Source: Guillardia theta CCMP2712
Lineage: Eukaryota; Protista; Cryptophyta
Assembly: GCF_000315625.1 (NCBI RefSeq)
Contig: NW_005434670.1
Coordinates: 620,016 to 684,015 of the forward strand
DNA: 64,000 nucleotides
Direction of reading: 5' to 3'
Part shown: in pieces, positions 60,843 to 64,000 of the stretch
Numbering within the stretch: position 1 is the first letter of the stretch
Layout: the number at the start of each line of letters is the position of its first letter
The notes under the pieces: model-generated
What the model was told of the DNA's origin: nothing
Databases searched by the model: none
What the model saw: the letters and a program-made list of their open reading frames with translations, nothing else
Position numbers and translations under genes: made by a program

Positions 60843-63800
60843 TCACCCTTCAAAGTTCTCCACGTTGAGAACACGGTTGAGCTTCCAAGGCAGCGAGTGC
60901 TTAGGGAAGGCACGCGGAGGATCGTTGAGAGGCTCTAGCAGGGGGTCGTAGGAGGAAGGGGCTGGTTGCTTCGTCCGTTTGAACGAGCCCCTCCTGTCAA
61001 ACGTGCGGTCGGTCTGTGAGCCTGAAAGATAACCTGCCATGGCGTGAGGGAGGGGCGACGAGGACAGTGAGGTCGCACCCGAGGGTTTGAGGGACTCAGA
61101 GAGGGAGAGGGGATGCACAGCGAGATGCCGGAAGTCGTGAGTCATCCACCTCGACGTCGCCAGCGGCACGGCATCGAACCTGCCCGATGAGCTGACCTTG
61201 AGCAGAGACAGCTTCGGCAGGGACGGCAGCAAGGGCTTTCTCAGTATCCCATCAATTTTGTCCGCGATGGTGTCTTGCCTTGGCATCGAGAGTTCCGATG
61301 CGACGGGCACGAAGGTCACGCTGATGTTGAGCTGCAGCTTCTTGTGCTTGTACGCATTGTGCAGTGGTACGAGCTGCATGCTGACAGGAGATAAGGCTGA
61401 CATCGACAGCAACATGCTCAGGCTCTGCTTGATATGCCCCACAACCATGCTCGTGTCCTTGTCTTCCACAAGGAGGGAGAACTCTACAACCTGGTCGAGA
61501 CTCTCCACGAAGAACAACAACTTCTCGTTGATGAAAAACTCCGAGGAGCCCATCAGCTTCTTCGTCTCTCGTTCTGTCGTGTCTCCGATCTTCACCGCGA
61601 CACTCACTTCCCTTCTCTTGTTGGCTGTATGCTCTTCCAGATGGACACTCGCTAGGTCAACTGTTACCTGCCCTCGGCCTGTTTGCGTCCTCACCTCCTC
61701 TTTTTTCTCTCCATGGCGCGACTCAACTCGTGACGACAATCTTGTTGCCATGGCAGCAAGTTCCCTTCCGTCTGCTGCAGAAGTACTCAGATTGTTGTTG
61801 CAAGGCTCCGACTGCTCGGCAGGAGCGACGCTAGGGGTCGCCTCGATGTCTTCGAGTGCCCATCGGTCCATGCCGAAGTGACCGACTCTCCTCCCGTCTA
61901 AAGTCCACAGGACGAGACTCTTCTTGTCGTGCTCAGCGCTAGAGACCAGGAGCTTCGTGGTCGAGACGTAGGCGAGGTTGTTCACGCTGCCGATATTTGC
62001 TTGCCAGCAGTACAGTTGGATGCAGGAATGATTGGATAGGGAGCGATCGTGCAGCAACACCTGGCTGATGTCCCAGACATACACTTGTCCGTGTTCGGTA
62101 GCGGTGAAGAGGAAGCTGTCAGTGGGGTCAACCTGCATGGCGAGCACTCCAGATCCTTGTTTGCTGGCTCGAAATGTGACATGTAGAGGATCTTTGAGCT
62201 GAGGATCCAACACGTGGACGTTCCCAGCAGAATCTCCCAGCAGACACAGGTTGTTGCTCTTGTTCAGCTTCTGCGAAGAGATAAACTTGAGGTCGTAAGA
62301 GAAGCACCTGTCACTCTCTGGCTCCAAGAAAATTGACTCCCTTGACGGGTCCCAGATGACAACCTGTCCGTCCCTTCGAGCAGCGACCTGCATGCCGCCA
62401 TCAACAGTGATGCAACTTGACCAGATTTTTTCTCTGCTCACCACACTCAGATGTTCATCACTGCCGACCACCGCTAGACAAGTTTGAGGAGATGTGGAGA
62501 AATTTATTCCGAGCAACCTCGGCATGTCGATGATTCTTGTCTGGAAGAGAAGCGTCAGGAGAGCAGCAGGAGCCCCGCAAGGCTCTCACAGGCTTCACGT
62601 CTCGCTCGTAGGGTGATGGCATCCATTGAACGAAGTAACCCCCCCCGAAGCACGCGATCACTGACCGGAACCGCTTGTGCCGTCTGGTGATCTCCATGTC
62701 ATGGATGGAGTTGACGCAGGTGCAGGAGTCTGAGATCAAGTTGTTCACGAGCGACCCGTTGCTGAAGTTGTAGAGCTGAACTGAGCCCTGCGACCATCCG
62801 ACCATGAGGCGGCGGGAGGAGATGTCGAACGATCCGAACGCAACGGAAGGTTCTTCTATAGTCTCTTGAACAGACTCGCACATGAACTTAAAAGACTGCA
62901 GGCCTGTATCACAGTGCCATATGCTGACAAACCCTGTCTTGTCTACGGTCAAGAGGAGATCAAAGTGATCGTTGTACAGAAGCACCACCACATCTGCCTC
63001 GTGCGCTATCACTTTCTCTGATTCGCGCCGCAAATCCAGCGGCTTCACCCCATGAACTTTGATGTGATTGGTCGCGGTCACGAGGTGCATCTGCCCGGGG
63101 GGAACAAGGATACGACCGACCTTGTGGTTGATATCTGCGGGACTCTGATGGAGAGGATCGACCCGCGTGACTGGCGTCCTGCTGGCGATGTCCCATGCCA
63201 CTATCAACCCCGAGCTGTCGAGGGAGAAGAGCACGTCTCGCACCTCGTGGAAGGCAAGGTCCACCAACCCGGCATTGTGGCCGAGCAGCTCCCCGCACAG
63301 CAGGTGCTTGCCGTCTCCGCTCACGTTGGGTCGCCACAGGTGGATGGTTCTCTCCAGACCTGCGCTAGCAAGCACGTTGTTGTGTCTCCCGCACCATTCC
63401 AGGCACTTGACGGCCGAGGGATGCCGCTGGTACGGCGACAAGAGCGTCATCGAGTCAAGAGAAGCCACTGCTATGGCGCCAGAGGAACCGGCGACAAGAC
63501 AGACGCCCATGATACCCACGTCAGGCACAAACTTGACGGTGTTGCACCAAACTTCTCGTTCCCTCTCACTAGACGGGAAAACTTTGAGGCTCCTGTAGTT
63601 CACCAGCGAGTCAGAGAAGACATGAACAATATCCTGCTGGGATCTGTACGCCATGATATCATCTTCCGCTACCACATGAATGCTTCCATTGCTGTCTCCC
63701 CACACAAACCATCCTTCATGCTGCTTCTTCCCCTCGGCATTGACGTTGTCTGACCCTTCTCTTGACGGCAACAAGAAGGAAGTCAGCGCTGTCGGCCACT

Positions 63801-64000
63801 TGTTCTCGCACTCGAAGGTCAGAAAGTGCTTGAGCGTCGACGCGTCGTAGAGGCGAATCCTGAAGTCATCCAAGCCGATGGCGATGACGGGATGCTTCGA
63901 GAACGCCTGCCGACTGTCACATGCGGCAACGGAACCACGAGGCTGACCGTCATCGACAAGATCGTGTTGGTGCCAGAGATGCTGTCGGTCTGTCGAGAAA
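60843..64000 (-). CDS. WD40-repeat protein (WDR49/WDR64-like) with a C2-like domain; 5' end beyond the window
   Basis: Multiple WD repeats (HPSAVKCLEW..LASAGLERTIHLW, GHNAGLVDL, AHEADVVVLLYN, VYVWDI). A ~47-nt intron (~62543-62589) joins ORFs 62458-63873 and 60843-62525. Confidence 0.85.

Noticed and set aside
62458-62589. Frameshift or pseudogene in the WD40 gene
   Set aside because: A ~47-nt GT-AG intron with a CTGAC branch point joins the two ORFs in frame.
1-64000. tRNA/rRNA genes, autonomous transposons, endogenous viral genes
   Set aside because: No cloverleaf, rRNA, RT, integrase, transposase or capsid motifs recognised by eye; tRNAscan, Infernal and HMM searches were not run.

Overview
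Gene-dense eukaryotic nuclear DNA with many ~45-65 nt spliceosomal introns and one 100-N scaffold gap (1167-1266). Intron size, composition and gene families suggest a cryptophyte alga such as Guillardia theta (inference, not verified). About 18 protein genes can be traced by manual splicing. Recognisable ones: an RWP-RK transcription factor, an intronless GH5 glycoside hydrolase, a cold-shock/Y-box protein, a mitochondrial carrier, BRE/BABAM2, the Brr2 U5 helicase, a PARP-type zinc-finger protein, a ~2000-aa repeat surface protein, Mn-SOD, a formin, ZW10 and a WD40+C2 protein. The most notable result is the RWP-RK gene. Once its short 5' exons (one via a GC-AG intron) are spliced, it encodes GAF + cyclic-nucleotide-binding-like + RWP-RK domains, i.e. 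a NIT2/NLP-like regulator with an extra sensor module. Also notable is the architecture of 5' intergenic DNA: strand-polarised GGGTGG/CCACCC tracts, a ~21-bp motif recurring every 131-133 bp, and GC-rich mosaics of short palindromes. Other points are a GH5 lacking the canonical nucleophile and flanked by a 13-bp direct repeat, a signal-peptide+LRLRGG+NLS-repeat protein, an 1101-bp tandem duplication and a 42-bp minisatellite. Exon boundaries were read by eye; termini of hypothetical genes are approximate.
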